This document shows positions 13,736 through 27,894 of a stretch of DNA of 64,000 nt, piece after piece. Location: positions 30,194,001-30,258,000 of the forward strand of contig NC_043005.1 in assembly GCF_006345805.1 (NCBI RefSeq), written 5' to 3'. Made by a program: the position numbers and the translations under genes. Positions within the stretch are counted from its first letter, which is position 1, and the number at the start of each line of letters is the position of its first letter. Source of the stretch: Octopus sinensis. Taxonomy: Eukaryota. Under the pieces are notes generated by a model. The model was not told where the DNA came from, did not search any database, and saw only the letters and a list, made by a program, of their open reading frames with translations.

Positions 13736-14945
13736 GCTTCGGCCAGCCATGCTTGAATAGTGCTTTTTACATTCCACTGGCACAGGAGCCAGTCAGACGG
13801 CACTGGCAACGACCAGTGAATGGTGCTTTTTACATGCCACCGGCATGAGGGCCAGTCAGGCAGTATTGGCATCGGCCATGCTCGTATGGTGCTTTTTACG
13901 TTCCACTGGCACAGGGCCAGTCAGCCGGCACTGGCATCAATGGAGTGAATAATTTCCAAACCAAGATATAAAGAATATGACCACACAAGCAGCATAAATT
14001 CAACAAAATGGATTCTGTTGGTTATACTCTGAAATGCCCAGATGATATCAAAGGGTTAAATGGGGAAATGTAAGCAGCTTGCTTGCTTGAATGCCAACTA
14101 AGCATTTCCCATAGAACTGTCACAGAGCTTTACATATTCATGTCATCAGTGAGAATGATTTGTAAATTATATTCAGTTTCCAAGTGACATATTTACTATT
14201 CTCAAAATAAATAAATAATAAAAGTAAAACAGCATAAAAAAAATATAAAGAGGTATCTATCTAAATCAATAGTAATTTCCAAAGAAATATTTTTAGTGTT
14301 ATAAATAAATACTAAAATGATTATCTAAATGTTGATTCAAGCTGTCATTTTTGTACATTAATGCATAGAAAGTTGTACGTGAAGCCATATGCTACACAGC
14401 CTCTGCAAAAGGCTGTGCTTGCATACATTCACACATTCTAGTCTGCAAATATGTTGGTGTATATATGTAGAGGTAAATGATTCTGTATCTATTGACAGGT
14501 AGGTGGCTGCTTGACTCTAAATGAGCAGGCAAGTGAATGTGTTGGTAGATAAGTGAATTTGTAGTTTAATGTTTCATTCAAATAACAGTCAGAAATATTT
14601 TAATAATGAGCACTAAGCTATTGAAAGAGGGCAGATTGAACTCCTATTGCAAAATAAATAACAAAAGACAATCCCTAAATCCCAACACCAAGTAGATATG
14701 TTGGCTTTGAACAGTTCTGAAGATTTTCAGTCCTGATATACATGATTATTAATGGAGAAGTTATTGATATAAACAAGACAGAAGTTTCATAAATGACATG
14801 CTGAAAAACATTTGTCTTGAAGATACATCAATAAAAGTGTCTTCTACTAGAGCTTCAGGTCAACCAAAGCCTTGTGTGTGGATTTGGTAGACAAAACCTG
14901 AAAGAACTCTGAATCTTGTCAGGTGTGTATGTGTGTGTGTGTGTA

Positions 14946-15486
14946 TGAGGATGAGTCAAAAAGTAGTGCTATTTTGTTTAGGACAGGTTACCAACACAGG
15001 AACATATATCATACATCAAAATGAAGCTGGGCCTCTGTGGATCACATCCCTACTTCTCAATATAGTCACTGTTTTTCTCAATAGCAATGTTCCACCTTCC
15101 AATGAGAGCATGTATCCCTGCCCCGTAAAATTCTATTGACTGTTCTTTGAGCCACTTCTTCACTACAGTTTTCACTTCCTTGTCACTGGAACAATGTTTG
15201 CCTCTCAAACCCTCTTTCATGGGGCCAAAGAGATGATAGTCTGACGAGGAAGAGAAAACTGTAGTGAAGAAGTGGCTCAAAGAACAGTCAACAAAATTTT
15301 ACGGGGCAGGAATACATGGTCTCATTCGAAAGTGGAACATTGCTATTGAGAAAAACGGTGACTATGTTGAGAAGTAGGGATGTGATCCACAGAGGACCAG
15401 CTTCATTTTGATGTATGATACATGTCCTTGTGTTGGTAAATATACCTGTCCTAAACAAAATGGCATTACTTTTTGACTCACCCTCA
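14946..15486. mobile_element. Mariner-derived foldback MITE made of two inverted transposase 3' ends, TA TSD
   Basis: SSDYHLFGPMKEGLRGKH...DYIEK; TIR tgaggatgagtcaaaaagt/actttttgactcaccctca flanked by TA. Confidence 0.92.
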
Positions 15487-15548
15487 TATATATATATTTA
15501 TATTTCTATAAGAGAACAAAGTGTACGTACGTCGCTATATATATATAT

Positions 15549-15912
15549 AAAAATACAAAATGGGACAAGAATGCAAAACATCCAGATAGACGATACAAAA
15601 AACATGGACAGGTCATTCAAAGCCTTTAATCTTCAGTCAAGAACCGGATCATCCGCACAATTTCAGCTGATTATGCTTGATATTGCTCCAAACTGGCCAG
15701 CCCCAAGGAAAAACTAAGCTAAGAGCATTAGATTCCTTAGAAAAAGGATCAAATATATATGAAACAAGGACGGTAAAACGGACGATGTTACACAAATATA
15801 AATACAAGGATGATCTGGTTCTTGACTGAAGATTAAAGGCTTCGAATGACCCGTCCGTGTTTTTGTATTGTCTATCTGGATGTTTTGTGTTCTTGTCCCA
15901 TTTTGTATTTTA
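15549..15912. mobile_element. Foldback element with about 105-bp inverted arms, inserted in (TA)n
   Basis: 15549-15653 is the reverse complement of 15808-15912. Confidence 0.85.
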
Positions 15913-17707
15913 TATATATATATATATACATATATCTGCATGTATGAGTGTGTCTCCTTGTCTTGACATTGTATGATTGTTGTAAATGAGTGTCACTGTC
16001 ATACAAGCAGTGAAAAAATGGAGAAATATTTCCTTGCTTGGAAACAAGTCAGCCACAGAAGGGGCATCCAGCAGCAGGAAATCTGCCTCAATAAACTTTG
16101 TTTCACTCATCCGTGCATGGAAACGTGGATGCTAAAATGATGATGATGGTGTTAAGTTTAATGAAATGAAATTCTCAATAAAATGGGATTAAATGTTTTA
16201 AAATATAAGAAAATTGTTGAAGTAAATGTGATGTAAATGATCATCATTGTTTCAATGTCTACTTTTCTATGCTTGCATAAGTCAGACAAGTGTATGCTTG
16301 GGGGCAGAGATCCAATAGACAGATGCCCTTCATAGTAACCCCCCAACCACCTGTTCCCCAATCTATCAAGCAATAGACAGCTCACACATGATCACATGGA
16401 GAACTGCAAACAAACGCCACCATCTATATAAACAGTAAGATTTTGGTTTACAGTCAGTGAACACATGTGATGAGGGGAAATATGAAATTACACACACACA
16501 TGCATTGCATATGCTTCTTTCAGTTTCTGTCTATCAAATCCATTCACAAGTATATACCAGAAGGCACCCAAGGTTCCAAGCAACGATGGGATTAAGTCTG
16601 AAAGTATAGTTGGGCAGCAAACTTCTTAAGCACATGGCTGAATTAACAAAAACACAGGCAGGTCTTGTTAGCTGACAGAAGCACTCATTCCCACAATATA
16701 ACACAATTTATTATTATGTGTGTCATTTCTGAGATATTTGATGTATTTTACAGTTATGTTTTTTTTTATGGCTGGGTAGTGCAAGAATAACTACATTAAT
16801 GTAATAAAATATGCCGATTTTGAATAAATCTTTGGCAAAATATATCTAAGTATGCTACAGTATAAATGTAAGTGATAATGGTTAGATTTTACTATAGAAC
16901 AACCAAAATGGTCATAATAGCATATAATTACAACATAATACCCTATAACTAGTCATTATGCCATAACTACATCTCCTATTCCACTAATGTGTGCAGTTTA
17001 TATGCATCATATTGCTAAAAGTTGATCTGACAATACACTAATTCTGTTAACTGATATGAAATTAGTACACCCAAAATTAGGTGAAACAGACATTTTTTAA
17101 GAAAAGGCTGAAAATTCTATTTCAAAATACAGTCCAATCTAATAAAAGGAACTAATAATTATGGTTTTTAAAGAGCATAATTAACATCCACTTTTCCATG
17201 CTTGTACAGGTAAGACAGAATTTGAGGCAGATTTTTCTATGGTTGGATGCCTTTCCTGTTGTCAACCCCCACCTGTTTCCAGGCAAGGTAACATTTCCCC
17301 TTGGGCAGATATGATACTCAAGGAAAACTGGAAACAAACGATACAGCTAGTATGAAGGTGATGCTCATTTACAATTGTCACATGATGTCTTGACAAGGGT
17401 ACACACAAACACACACATACATAAAGACTGGTTTCTTCCAGTGTCCAACAATCGAATCCACCTGCAAAGCTTTGGTAGGCCTGGGGTTATAGAAGAAGAC
17501 ACTTGTCCAAGGTGTCACTTAGTGTGATTGAACCTGAGACTACATGGTTAAGAAGCAAGCTTCTTCACAATTCTTCATCACTGAACTTTATATATATATT
17601 CACTGATTTTAAGGAGAATTTTGTTGCAATAAAAAAAGAAAAACAAAACTGAAACAAAAAGTTTAAAGAGTAAAATAAAAGGAATGAAATAATGTATGCA
17701 GGGAGAA

Positions 17708-17950
17708 ATGACTATCTCTGGGATAGGCATGCTACATGAATGCTGGGCTGAAAAAGTGGTCTCACATACACATGACTATCTCTGGATAGGCATGCTACAT
17801 GAATGCTGGGTTGAAAAGGTGTTCTCACATATACATGACCATCTCTGGGATAGGCATGCTACATGAATGCTGGGTTGAAAAGTGGTCTCACATATACATG
17901 ACTATCTCTGGGATAGTGATGCTACAGGAATGCTGGGTTGAAAAGGTGGT
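17708..17950. repeat. 63-64-bp tandem repeat, about 3.8 copies
   Basis: Units start at 17708, 17772, 17835, 17898. Confidence 0.95.
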
Positions 17951-18603
17951 GCTTACTGCACCTAAGTTTCCCAAACAGTCATTCATCTAAGGACTTATTA
18001 GGCTTGAGGTTGGCCAGATGAGAACCTGTGCCATTGTTATCATTAATCGTAGGGTGACCTGCTGTGCTTGAGGAGACCTAGTGAGTCAAGTACATCAACA
18101 TCAAAATAAAAATCAAATGGAAATTGTAGTTGTGATACCTGTGCTGGTGGCATGTAAAAAGCACCATCCAAACGTGGCCAATGCCAGCGCAGCCTTGACT
18201 GGCTTCTGTGCCAGTGGCACGTAAAAAGCAACAACCGATCGTGGCCATTGCCAGCCTCCTCTGACCCCTGTGCCGGTGGCACGTAAAAAGCACCCACTAG
18301 TGGTTGGCGTTAGGAAAGGCATCCAGCTGTAGAAACACTGCCAGATCAGACTGGAGCTTGGTGCAGCCTCCTGGCTTCCTAGACTCTGACTGAACCGTCC
18401 AACCCATGCTAGCATGGAAAACGGATGTTAAACAATGATGATGATGATGATGTTCTTACCCTAATGAACCCATTTACTGAATTGCTAAGTTATGGGGACA
18501 TAAACAAACCAATATCAGTTGTCAAGAAGTGGACACACTGACTCACACACACACACGTGATGGGCTTTCACAGTTTCCATTTACCAAATTTACTCATATG
18601 TCA

Positions 18604-18688
18604 GCCCAGGGCTATTATACAAGACACTTGCCCCAGGGCTATTATACAAGACACTTGCCCCAGGGCTATTATACAAGACACTTGCCCA
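18604..18688. repeat. 27-bp tandem triplication inside a SINE
   Basis: (ccagggctattatacaagacacttgcc)x3. Confidence 0.95.
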
Positions 18689-20017
18689 AAGTAGTGCACA
18701 GTGGGACTGAACTTGAGACCACATCTCCATGTCCGCACCAGATTTGAAATGACGTCTTGAACAAGTACTTTTTTTTTTATTTATCACACAGTATTACTCA
18801 GTCTTAATAGATAATAGCTTTTGTTTCTTTTTTTTTTTCTCTCTTATAAAGTAACTTAAATCTACGTAAAGACTTTTGGCATTGTATCAGTGAAAATACT
18901 GTGAGTAGTGAATCACTTAATGGAAGATATTCTCAAAAATGTCCAACATTTTCTCCAAGATGAAAGATGTGGTTAATATCAAAGAGACTGAGCCAAATGT
19001 TATATAAGTAGATACTAAGTCTAAGAGTAGACAGCATTTTGCCAACTACCACTTAGCCATTAGTACAATAGTTAATTTTCACAGCTGGTGTGGGAAGTAG
19101 AAAATATGGGCAGCAGTAGAAAAGTAAATAAAATGATAAAGAAAACACATGTGCGCACACACACACAAGAATTGCTAATGTACAGCAATATTTAGTGTGG
19201 TGTTAGACTTTAGTTGGCCGCAAGCCCTTCTGCAGAAATATGTCTCATTTGATTATTTAGATGAAGGAGAAAATGGTTTTAAGATAACCTAAAACATTGT
19301 TCTTTTTCTTTCGTTCATTCTGAAGACCATTAGAGAAGACTCTGGTTTCTATCTCTCCACATAAATCTTCCTTTGCCTTAACAAGCTTCATTACATGCAT
19401 AAATTAAACAACTCTTATTTCATGTACTTATTTAGTTGTTTCATTATAAATCAAAAATAAATACAAGCATAATTACAACCCAACGTAGTTAGAAATACAG
19501 AGGATTTAAGATAAAGATAGTATACAGGTGTATAGTTTGCTCCCTATCACATTGTTCCAGGTTCAGTCCCAATGCGTGGCACCTTTGGCAAGTGTCTCCC
19601 ACTATAGCCCCAGGCCAACCAAAGCCATTTGAGTGAATTCTGTAGAGAGAAACTGAAAGAAGCCCATTGTATATATGTGTGTATGTGTGCATGAGAGACA
19701 CACATACACACATATATGTGCATGGGACAGTTGTAAACAAGTGTCAGCATCATAAGAGTGACACCTATTTTTAAAATAAGAGACCTTATTTTATTCCACA
19801 AGTATCCAAAAGTGACTAGTCAACAAAGAATGTAAACATCACATCACCAATGGTGACAAACAAAGCTATAAGATGACAATATCCACACACACATATACAC
19901 TGGGTTTCCTATGGTTTCCCTCTATCAAATTCACTCGCAAAACATTGGCAGCCAGGGGCTAATTGTAGAAGATACTGAGTGGCCCAAGGTGCTGTACAGT
20001 GCAACTGACCCAAAACT

Positions 20018-20227
20018 GAGTCTAGGACATTTACCCCGCTTGGTCAATAATCCCCCCACCAAGGACAATTACCCCTGAGGACAACAGATGATGATTTAAA
20101 ACTTCTTAATATATTATAGAGGGGGTAATTAACAAAGTGGGGTAATTATCCTAGGGAGTAGTTGTCGTCGGGAGGGAATTGTCCTAGGGAGGGTAATGTC
20201 CGGGGGGGGGGGGATTGTCCTTATACG
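20018..20227. mobile_element. MULE-like MITE with ggacaattaccc subrepeats and 9-bp TSD
   Basis: cccaaaact direct repeat at 20009 and 20228; inverted subterminal repeats. Confidence 0.55.
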
Positions 20228-20444
20228 CCCAAAACTATATGGCTGCAAAACAAATTTCTTAACTCCACAATACTGCCTGCATCCTTAATGATGTTAAACA
20301 TTATAAAGAACTGTAGAGATCTGATTGAAGAGCCATCAGTTGACATGTGACTATCCAGTCTCAAGCTGAATTCAACCAGACAGAATCAAAATGTAACACA
20401 CACACACAGATATACATTGCAACAGTTTCTTTCAGATATTGTTA

Positions 20445-21020
20445 GCTGTTGTAGTTAATAGAGAAAACTGGAGTAGTATTGGCTGCTATAGTAGTATTAG
20501 TAGCCACAGTAATACCAGTAGCTATCGTAGTACTTGCAGTTATAGTTCCATTGGTAGCTTCAATACTATTGGTAGATACAGGAGTATTGGTAGCTATAGT
20601 GTTATTGGGACCTATTGAAGTATAAGTAGCTATAATAGTATCGACAGCTCTAGTAGCATTGGTAAGTACAGTTGTATTGGTAGTTAAGCAGAAATGAGAG
20701 CTGTAACAGTTAACATTGGTAACTATGATAGTCAACAGTATAGGTGACTAAAATAGTAGCTTTAGTAGTTGGAATTGGTGGTCATGGTAGTTAGTATTGG
20801 AGTTTACAGTAGTTTATAAATGGTGGCTATAGTAGTTACTATTAGTGATTATTATAGTTAGTATTGGTGGTCATGGTAGTTCATATTGGTGACTGCAAGC
20901 ATTGGTAGCTATGGTAGAAATGGTGGTTAAAGTAATTAGCATTGGTCTCTGCAATAGTGTCAGCCACTATACCGCCATAGTAGGGCTGCTGTCTATAATG
21001 GTTAGTGTTGATGGCCATAG
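20445..21020. repeat. Highly degenerate 18-bp-period minisatellite (consensus about agtagtattggtagctat)
   Basis: Recurring attggtagct/atagtag motifs. Confidence 0.7.
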
Positions 21021-24000
21021 AATAGAATGTAAAAAAAAAAAAACATATTTCTTTTTCTATCCATTTGTTAACTTTTCAGTTGATAATGTATTGACTATTT
21101 TGTGTGATCATGGGAAAGTGGTGTTGGCAGACATCAAATTTAATCTGTGTTGTTTAGCATTGGTTAGATTTTTAGTGCTTTGAAATGAAGTTCTAACTGT
21201 AAAATGGTTATACAGGAACTAATAACTGTAATGTTAGCATTTACAAAGTTGTCTTAAGGAAAAAGACAAAATAACACACTGAAAATGTTGGAATGTTGTC
21301 AATTTATGAGCCAAATAATGTTAGTTATTTAGAAATTCAGTTTTATTTAGAAATGTTTAGTCTAGAAGTCCAAGAAATGATTTGAAGCAATTAAACAAAA
21401 CAAGACTAATTAAATGGAACGAATCTTCTAAATAATGAATTCTGACTCAAAAACAGGAAAATATACTAAACCATTGTGAAACATGGAACTTTCACTTCAG
21501 TAAACCCCATGAAAGAATATGAATAAGAAATACAATGTGGCCACTTAATTCTATGATTTCAATGAGGTGTAGCTGTCCACAAACAAAATATTTGTCACCA
21601 TTACTTCTAGAATTAATGACAATCTTGTATCGACCCTTCTGGAACTGCCCCTCAACAAACTTCTTTCAAAGTGATCTAAATTAAAACCTTCCATCAAAAT
21701 TGCATGCTAGTTTTGGCTCTAAATACTAGGATAATAATCATCATTTAACACCCACTTTTCCATGCCTGCATGGATCAGATGGAATTTATCAAGGCATGTT
21801 TTCTACAGCTAGATGCCGCTTATGTTGCCAAACCTCACCTGTTTCCAAATGAGGTAATATTTCCCCTCCAGGGCCAGACTTGCTTCTGCAGAATATTGGA
21901 AATGAATGATAGCCTGTATGGCAGTACATGACAGGCTTCTTTCAGTTTCCATCTACCAAAACCACTCACAAAGCTCTGATAGGCTCAGGGCTATAGTAAA
22001 AGACTGAACCCAGGAATTTTAGAAGATTCTTCATTATCTTAGAAATTAATAGAAGCAAAGCTAGTAAATTTCAAATGAAATATGTAAAAGGGTTAAGGAG
22101 AATGTTACAATGGGAGGGGAGGGAGAAGACATCTACTTCTCATATATCTATTTATTTCTGGTGAGTAAATTCTTGTTGCGACAGTCAAGAGATCAAATTA
22201 CAAGACTAAAGTTACTATTATTATTTACTTTACTAATCTCTCACCCCGAACTTTTGGAATTGGGCCTGTCTATGTTAAAGATTATTTTTTAAAAATTTTA
22301 TTTAATATTATATTTACTACTACTACTACTACTACTACTACAGCTGCTGCTACTACTACTACTGTTGCTGCTACTGCTGCTGTCAACATTAGCTGATTGT
22401 TTGCTCTGGTAATATTCCAGCAATTTTCGCACTTAACCGTCATAATAACGGCTTCAAATTTTCGTACAAGACTAGTGGTTTTAGGATGGGCTGGGGTGGA
22501 TGTGTGGGGGTAGTTGATTACATCAACCCCAGTGTTCAGTTAGTACTTTGTTCAACCCTGAAAAGACGACAGGCAAAGATGACCTGAGCAGGATTTGAAC
22601 TCAACACATAAAGAATCAGAAGAAAGTATTTGGTCTGGCACACTAACAGCTCTGCCAGTTTGCTGCCTCATGACAATAACATCTCCAAGAACCTCATAAA
22701 GATTTATCGAACTATTACTCATGTCATTTACTTACAGTGATTCAATGTATGTGTTTGTATGAGAAAGTGTAATAATTGATTCATAAATTAGAAAAATATT
22801 TTTAGAAGTGAACAGGAATTTGTGTCACCCACTACACTCTTGGAGTAGTTGGCATTAGGAAGGGCATCCAGCTGTAGAAACCTTGCCAGATCAGATTGGA
22901 GCCTTGTGCAGCCTTCTGGCTTGCCCATCCTCAGTCAAACCATCCAACTCATGCCAGCATGGAAAGGGGATGTTAAACGACGATGATGATGATGACTCCA
23001 AACCAGAACTGAAACTGAGCAACTGGTGAGCTGATCGGTTGGTTTAGAAGTTTATTTTTATTCTAGATGACCACGGGGTGTATCTGTTAGTATTAGACTT
23101 AATTCAAGTGAGAAGACATTACCTTGGAGAGCTGACATAGAGCTAACCACTGGATTGTAATAGAGTCAAGACCACATGAAAAGATCACAACAAATAAAAA
23201 CTCTAAAACTTGTAGGTGTACCTCTGAATAACTGAAATTATTCACTACACACAGTTAATGATATGTGATAATTAGAGGTTTTAATTAGTGTTGGGTGGAG
23301 GTGCTATAATAACAGAGTAGACTGCTGAGAAAGGATGGAAAATTTTTCAGAAAAATGATCACTCGGTTGGCAACAAAGGATTTCTTTCTTTCTCTCTCTC
23401 TCTCTGCTAAAGGTAGACAACATGACACCTGCTGAAGAAATATGACGCTACAGAGTGATGGGACATTTACATGGAATGTGTAAGATCTGTGGAGGATGGG
23501 AGAGAAATGAGAAGAATATAATCCATTGGATATATGATGTGATCCTGCATGAAACATGGGGATCAAATGAAATGAAAGAACAGATAGGTATGATAGACAT
23601 CAAGTAGAAGTAATATAGGTGTGTGATATGAATGGATGGTGAGTGCTGTGTGAAAATGTGAGTTACCAATGGAGGATTTTCGTAGAAGAAATGGTAAAGT
23701 TTATTCATCATCATCAAATATTTGTAAGATCATTTCACTTACTCTAACGTTAAACTAGTTAATAAAACACAACTAAAGACTACAGTCTATTAAGTCTGGG
23801 AATAAAGAACACGTTTTCTCCCAGCAATTCCTTTCAGAAAGTCTCTGCAGACTGTGTGAACACTTTTGAATCTGTCTGAATTATTTTCAATCACAAAAAA
23901 ACAACAATCTCAGAATCTCAAACTTGCCCATTGCTATTTAGATGATTTAAGAAATAATGAAAAAAACTAAGAACCACGAATGAAGTTAATAGATAGAGAG

Positions 24001-25584
24001 GATTAGTGTATTTGATAGCATAAAAGACACACAAGTATGTCATATAAACACTCATTTCAGCAGTGAATAGTCAAGAAAAAAGTTTTTAGTGTATTAAAGC
24101 TTGTGGGAGACACAACTTTGCATATAGGACCTGAGCAGAATTTTGAAAATAATATTCTGATTTTAAAAGTGCATCTTATATGTTGTCAAATACAGTATAT
24201 AGAACAGAGATTGTAGCTATTAATGGCTGGAGGAAGTAAATTTCAAATAGTGTGATTGTTAGCAATAAAAACGTCCATTATTTATCAGAAAATTAAAAAA
24301 TATTTGTAGTTGTTACCTAACCCCAGGGCCATAAACATAAATTGACAATAAACCAAGATCTAACAGAGGATTGACAAAAATAGATTTCAGTCATTTGTAT
24401 TCACCTGAAATTCACACATTCACACAAGCCAACACTTGTGTGTGCATATGGGAATTTTAGATGAATACAAACACACACACCTGTGTCTGTGTGATTTCCT
24501 TTATTTCACAAATAGAAAAAAATTAAATGAATAAATAGAATAAAACTCTAAACAAGATATTTCTCTCCCTCTCATAGAAACAACCAATGAAAAACCAATT
24601 TACATTTCTACTCAAAATACTAACCAAAAAAAAAAGACTGTGACCTTTTCGCAGATAAATGCACAATGATAGTTGTGAATGGATGCAAGTTAGGCAATTT
24701 GCTGCATAGTCGTATATAGAGAAGGAACACATGGAAGAACAAATGCCTCACTGAAAATGGCTCTTCTCCTGAAAGCAATAGAACTGAAAAGTGGCCTGCT
24801 AAATAACTATGGCTACTCAATCAAGGTACTCAAAATATAGCTGTTACAGCCATCTGCTACAGATGTATGTTAATTGACATTAAATTTACTTCTAATTTAC
24901 AAATGAACTACAAACTGAACTTCCTCTAGGTCAAATATTTCCAACCTGGTTATGCGGTTAAAGAGCTTGCTTTGAAGCCAAGTGGTTTTAAGTTCAATCC
25001 CATTGTGCAGCAGGAGGTGTCTCCCACTATAGTCCAAGGCTGGCCACCACTTGTGAGCAATTTGGTAGACAGAAACTGTGTGGAAGGCCATCAAATATAT
25101 GTATGCATGTGTGTGTTTGTACCTCATGACCACTTGACAACTGATGTCTGTTTGTTTATGTCCTTCTAACTTAGCAGTTCAGTAAAAGTGAACGATAGAA
25201 TAACTTCCAGGCTTAAAATAAGTACTAGGGTCAACTGATTTAATAAAAACCCTTTAAAGTAGTGCTCCAGCATGGCTACAGTCCAATAACTCAAACAAGT
25301 AACGATGAACACAGAAAACATTCTCTATAGACACACATCAATTTCTGCCACTTTCTTTTCAAACATGTTTGCCTTTTATAACGAACATAATCACTTAATG
25401 TCCAGCTTCTATGCTAGTATGGGTCAGACAGTTTGACAGGACCTGACAAGTTGAAGGACTGAGCTATGAGCCAATAAATACTTTGGCAGCGTTTCTACAG
25501 CTGGATGCCCTTCCTAATGTGAACCACTTAACAGTATGCGGTGGGTGCTTATTACAAGGCACTAGCACTAATGATGACTACCTC

Positions 25585-25850
25585 ATAACTTGTGATGATG
25601 AGGGTCTAAAGTGGACCCTACAACTGAAGGAGAATAGAAGAGAGAGTGGATGATGGTTCTCGGCAGAAAATGGGGAATAGTAAGAGGAGAGAATGGGGGA
25701 GTATGGCAGGGAATGTGGGAGAGAGAAGCGGTAGCAACAGGGGTATTCGGTAAGAAGGGTGGGAGGGATAGATTTGAAAGGCAAGTGGAAGTGGTGGGGG
25801 GTAGACCGTTAATTACTCTGTACCTAAGAGATGCAACCAAAGATTAAAAT
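25585..25850 (-). mobile_element. 3' end relic of an APE-type LINE (L2/Jockey-group-like)
   Basis: VASLRYRVINGL...HFLPRTIIHSL resembles the SFFPRT.RLWNSLP C-terminus. Confidence 0.5.
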
Positions 25851-27129
25851 AACTTCTATCTATGAATATTAAAGACTTTATGGCTGAATTGAGAAAAATA
25901 AATAAATAAAAAATATATAAAGATTCTATGACGAACTTCACTTATTTCAGAAATGAAAAATAAGGAGAATAGAATAGACACCTAACGAGATATTTATCTC
26001 ATTTGAGGAAAGTATCAATAAAAGACCAACCTAAACATGCAGATGTGAGTGTGTATATACTCCCTCTCAGACAGATCAACATCATCTTCCTTAATGGGTT
26101 TCACACAGGAACAGATTGAACAGTTCTTCAGAATGAGCCAGAGGACTGTGCCAAGCTCCAGTGTCTGCTTTGGCAAAATTTCGATGACTGGGTGCCTTTA
26201 CAGACTGTACTAAGTACTTTTCTCATGGCAATGGCACCAGTGCGGTTGCCAAACAAACATCATCAGTATGTATACAATACATATATCATCATCATCATCA
26301 TTTAACGTCCACTTTCCATGCTGGCATGGGATAGACGATTTGACAGGGGCTGGCTAGACAGAAGACTGCACTAGGCTTCACTGTCTGTTTTGGCAGGGTT
26401 TTTATAGCTGGATGCCCTTCCTAACACCATCCACCTGATACACACACACGTGTATGTGTGATGAACTGGCATAATCATTAGAGAGATAGGGTAAATTGTC
26501 TTGCAGTGGTTCATCTGACTCTCTGCAGACCAAGTTCAAATTCTGCCATGGTTCACTTTACTTTTCATGATGTATAATAATACAAGCCCAGGGATGTGGA
26601 ATGGCAGAACTGTTAGTGTATTAGAAAGGATGTCTAAATTTATCTGTACATTCTGAGATCAAATCCAGCCAAGCCAGTGAAAAGCAGTGTAGTTATGGTA
26701 AAGCAGTGTAGTTGTGAAAAAGCAGTGTAGTGGCATATAAAGTCAGCAACTGAAACACCAATGGAAACAAATTCTCTTGATTCAGCCCGAAGAGTGACTG
26801 TGACCACAACCACCATCACATGTATGTGTGTGTGTCATCATCATCAATTAATGTCCATTGTCAATGCTGACATGGGTTAGACGGTTTGACCAGGCTGGCA
26901 CACTGAAGGCTGCACCAGGCTCCAGTCTGATTTGGCATGGTTTCTATGGTTGGATGCCCTTCCTAATGCCAACCACTCCAAAACTGTAATGGGTGCTTTT
27001 ATGTTCCACCAGCACAGGTGTGTGTGTGTGTGTATAAATGATTTAACCCGCAATCATAATTCTGACAAAATATTCTGTTTTATCTATGAGACACTATGAA
27101 ACAGAATATACTTTGTCAGACTAACTATT

Positions 27130-27340
27130 ATGGATTAAATAATTTCTATTCATTCTCAGACTTATCTTTGAGTATTCTAAGTGGCTGGGTATAGCTTCTT
27201 CTTCAGCTTGTCACCCTCTAGAATCATGATGATGGTGAGGATTTCAGAGGGTGACAAGCTAAAAAAGAAACTGTGCCCAGCCACTTAGAATAGAATACTG
27301 AAAGATAAGTCTGAGAGTGAACAGAAATTATTTAATCCAT
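27130..27340. repeat. Imperfect palindrome with about 100-bp arms, preceded by a small hairpin at 27061-27120
   Basis: Direct reading. Confidence 0.9.
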
Positions 27341-27885
27341 CATCATCGTTTAATGTCTGCTTTCCATGCTGGCATGGGTTGGACAATTTGACTGAGGACT
27401 GGAAAGCCAGATGGCTGCACCAGGCTCCAATCTGATCAGGCAGAGTTTCTACAGCTTGATGCTCTTCCTAATGCCAACCACTCTGAGTGTAGTGGTAGCT
27501 TTTACGTGCCACCGGCACAAAGGCCAGTCAGATGGTACTGGCAACGGCCATGCTCAAATGGTGTTTTTCACATGCCGCCTGCACAGAAGCCAGTCCAACA
27601 ACACTGGCAACGACTTCGCTCGAATACTGTTTTTCACATGCCACTGGCAATGATCATGCTCAAATGGTGCTTTTTACATGCCACCAGCACGGGAGTCAGT
27701 CAGCCGCCCTGGCAACAATCATGCTTGGATGGTACTCTTAGCGCTCCACTAGCATGGATGTCAGACATGCAGTGCTGTCATTGAATTTGATTTCGATTTC
27801 ACTTGCCTCAACAAGTCTTTGCCAGCAGAGTTTAATGTCCAATGAAGGAAAGGTACGCATAAGTGGGCTGGTTACACCCCTATAC
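27340..27885 (-). mobile_element. RTE LINE 3'UTR copy
   Basis: Reverse complement of 52850-53420. Confidence 0.88.
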
Positions 27886-27894
27886 ATATGCGTG

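Larger units (their letters stand above)
14830..16150 (+). mobile_element. SINE family A variant with RTE-shared (GAT)n tail, hosting two nested elements. Similar variants at about 7760-8120+, 10495-10900-, 11500-11890-, 49010-49590+, 59010-59420+
   Basis: Same head as family A; tail aaggggcatccagc...catggaaacgtggatgctaaaatgatgatg matches the RTE 3' end. Confidence 0.75.

Noticed and set aside
15820-15860. CTGAAGA in the foldback arm as a hammerhead
   Set aside because: No GAAA core or stem I closure found
17708-17950. CRISPR-like appearance of the 63-bp array and the LINE 3'UTR repeats
   Set aside because: No unique spacers, no cas genes, eukaryotic context
23123-23149. 27-nt in-frame cassette exon candidate (ccag..gtaatg) in intron 2
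   Set aside because: Weak pyrimidine tract; it would insert WLALCQLSK into the conserved GLVN|FGNTC box; such matches are expected by chance
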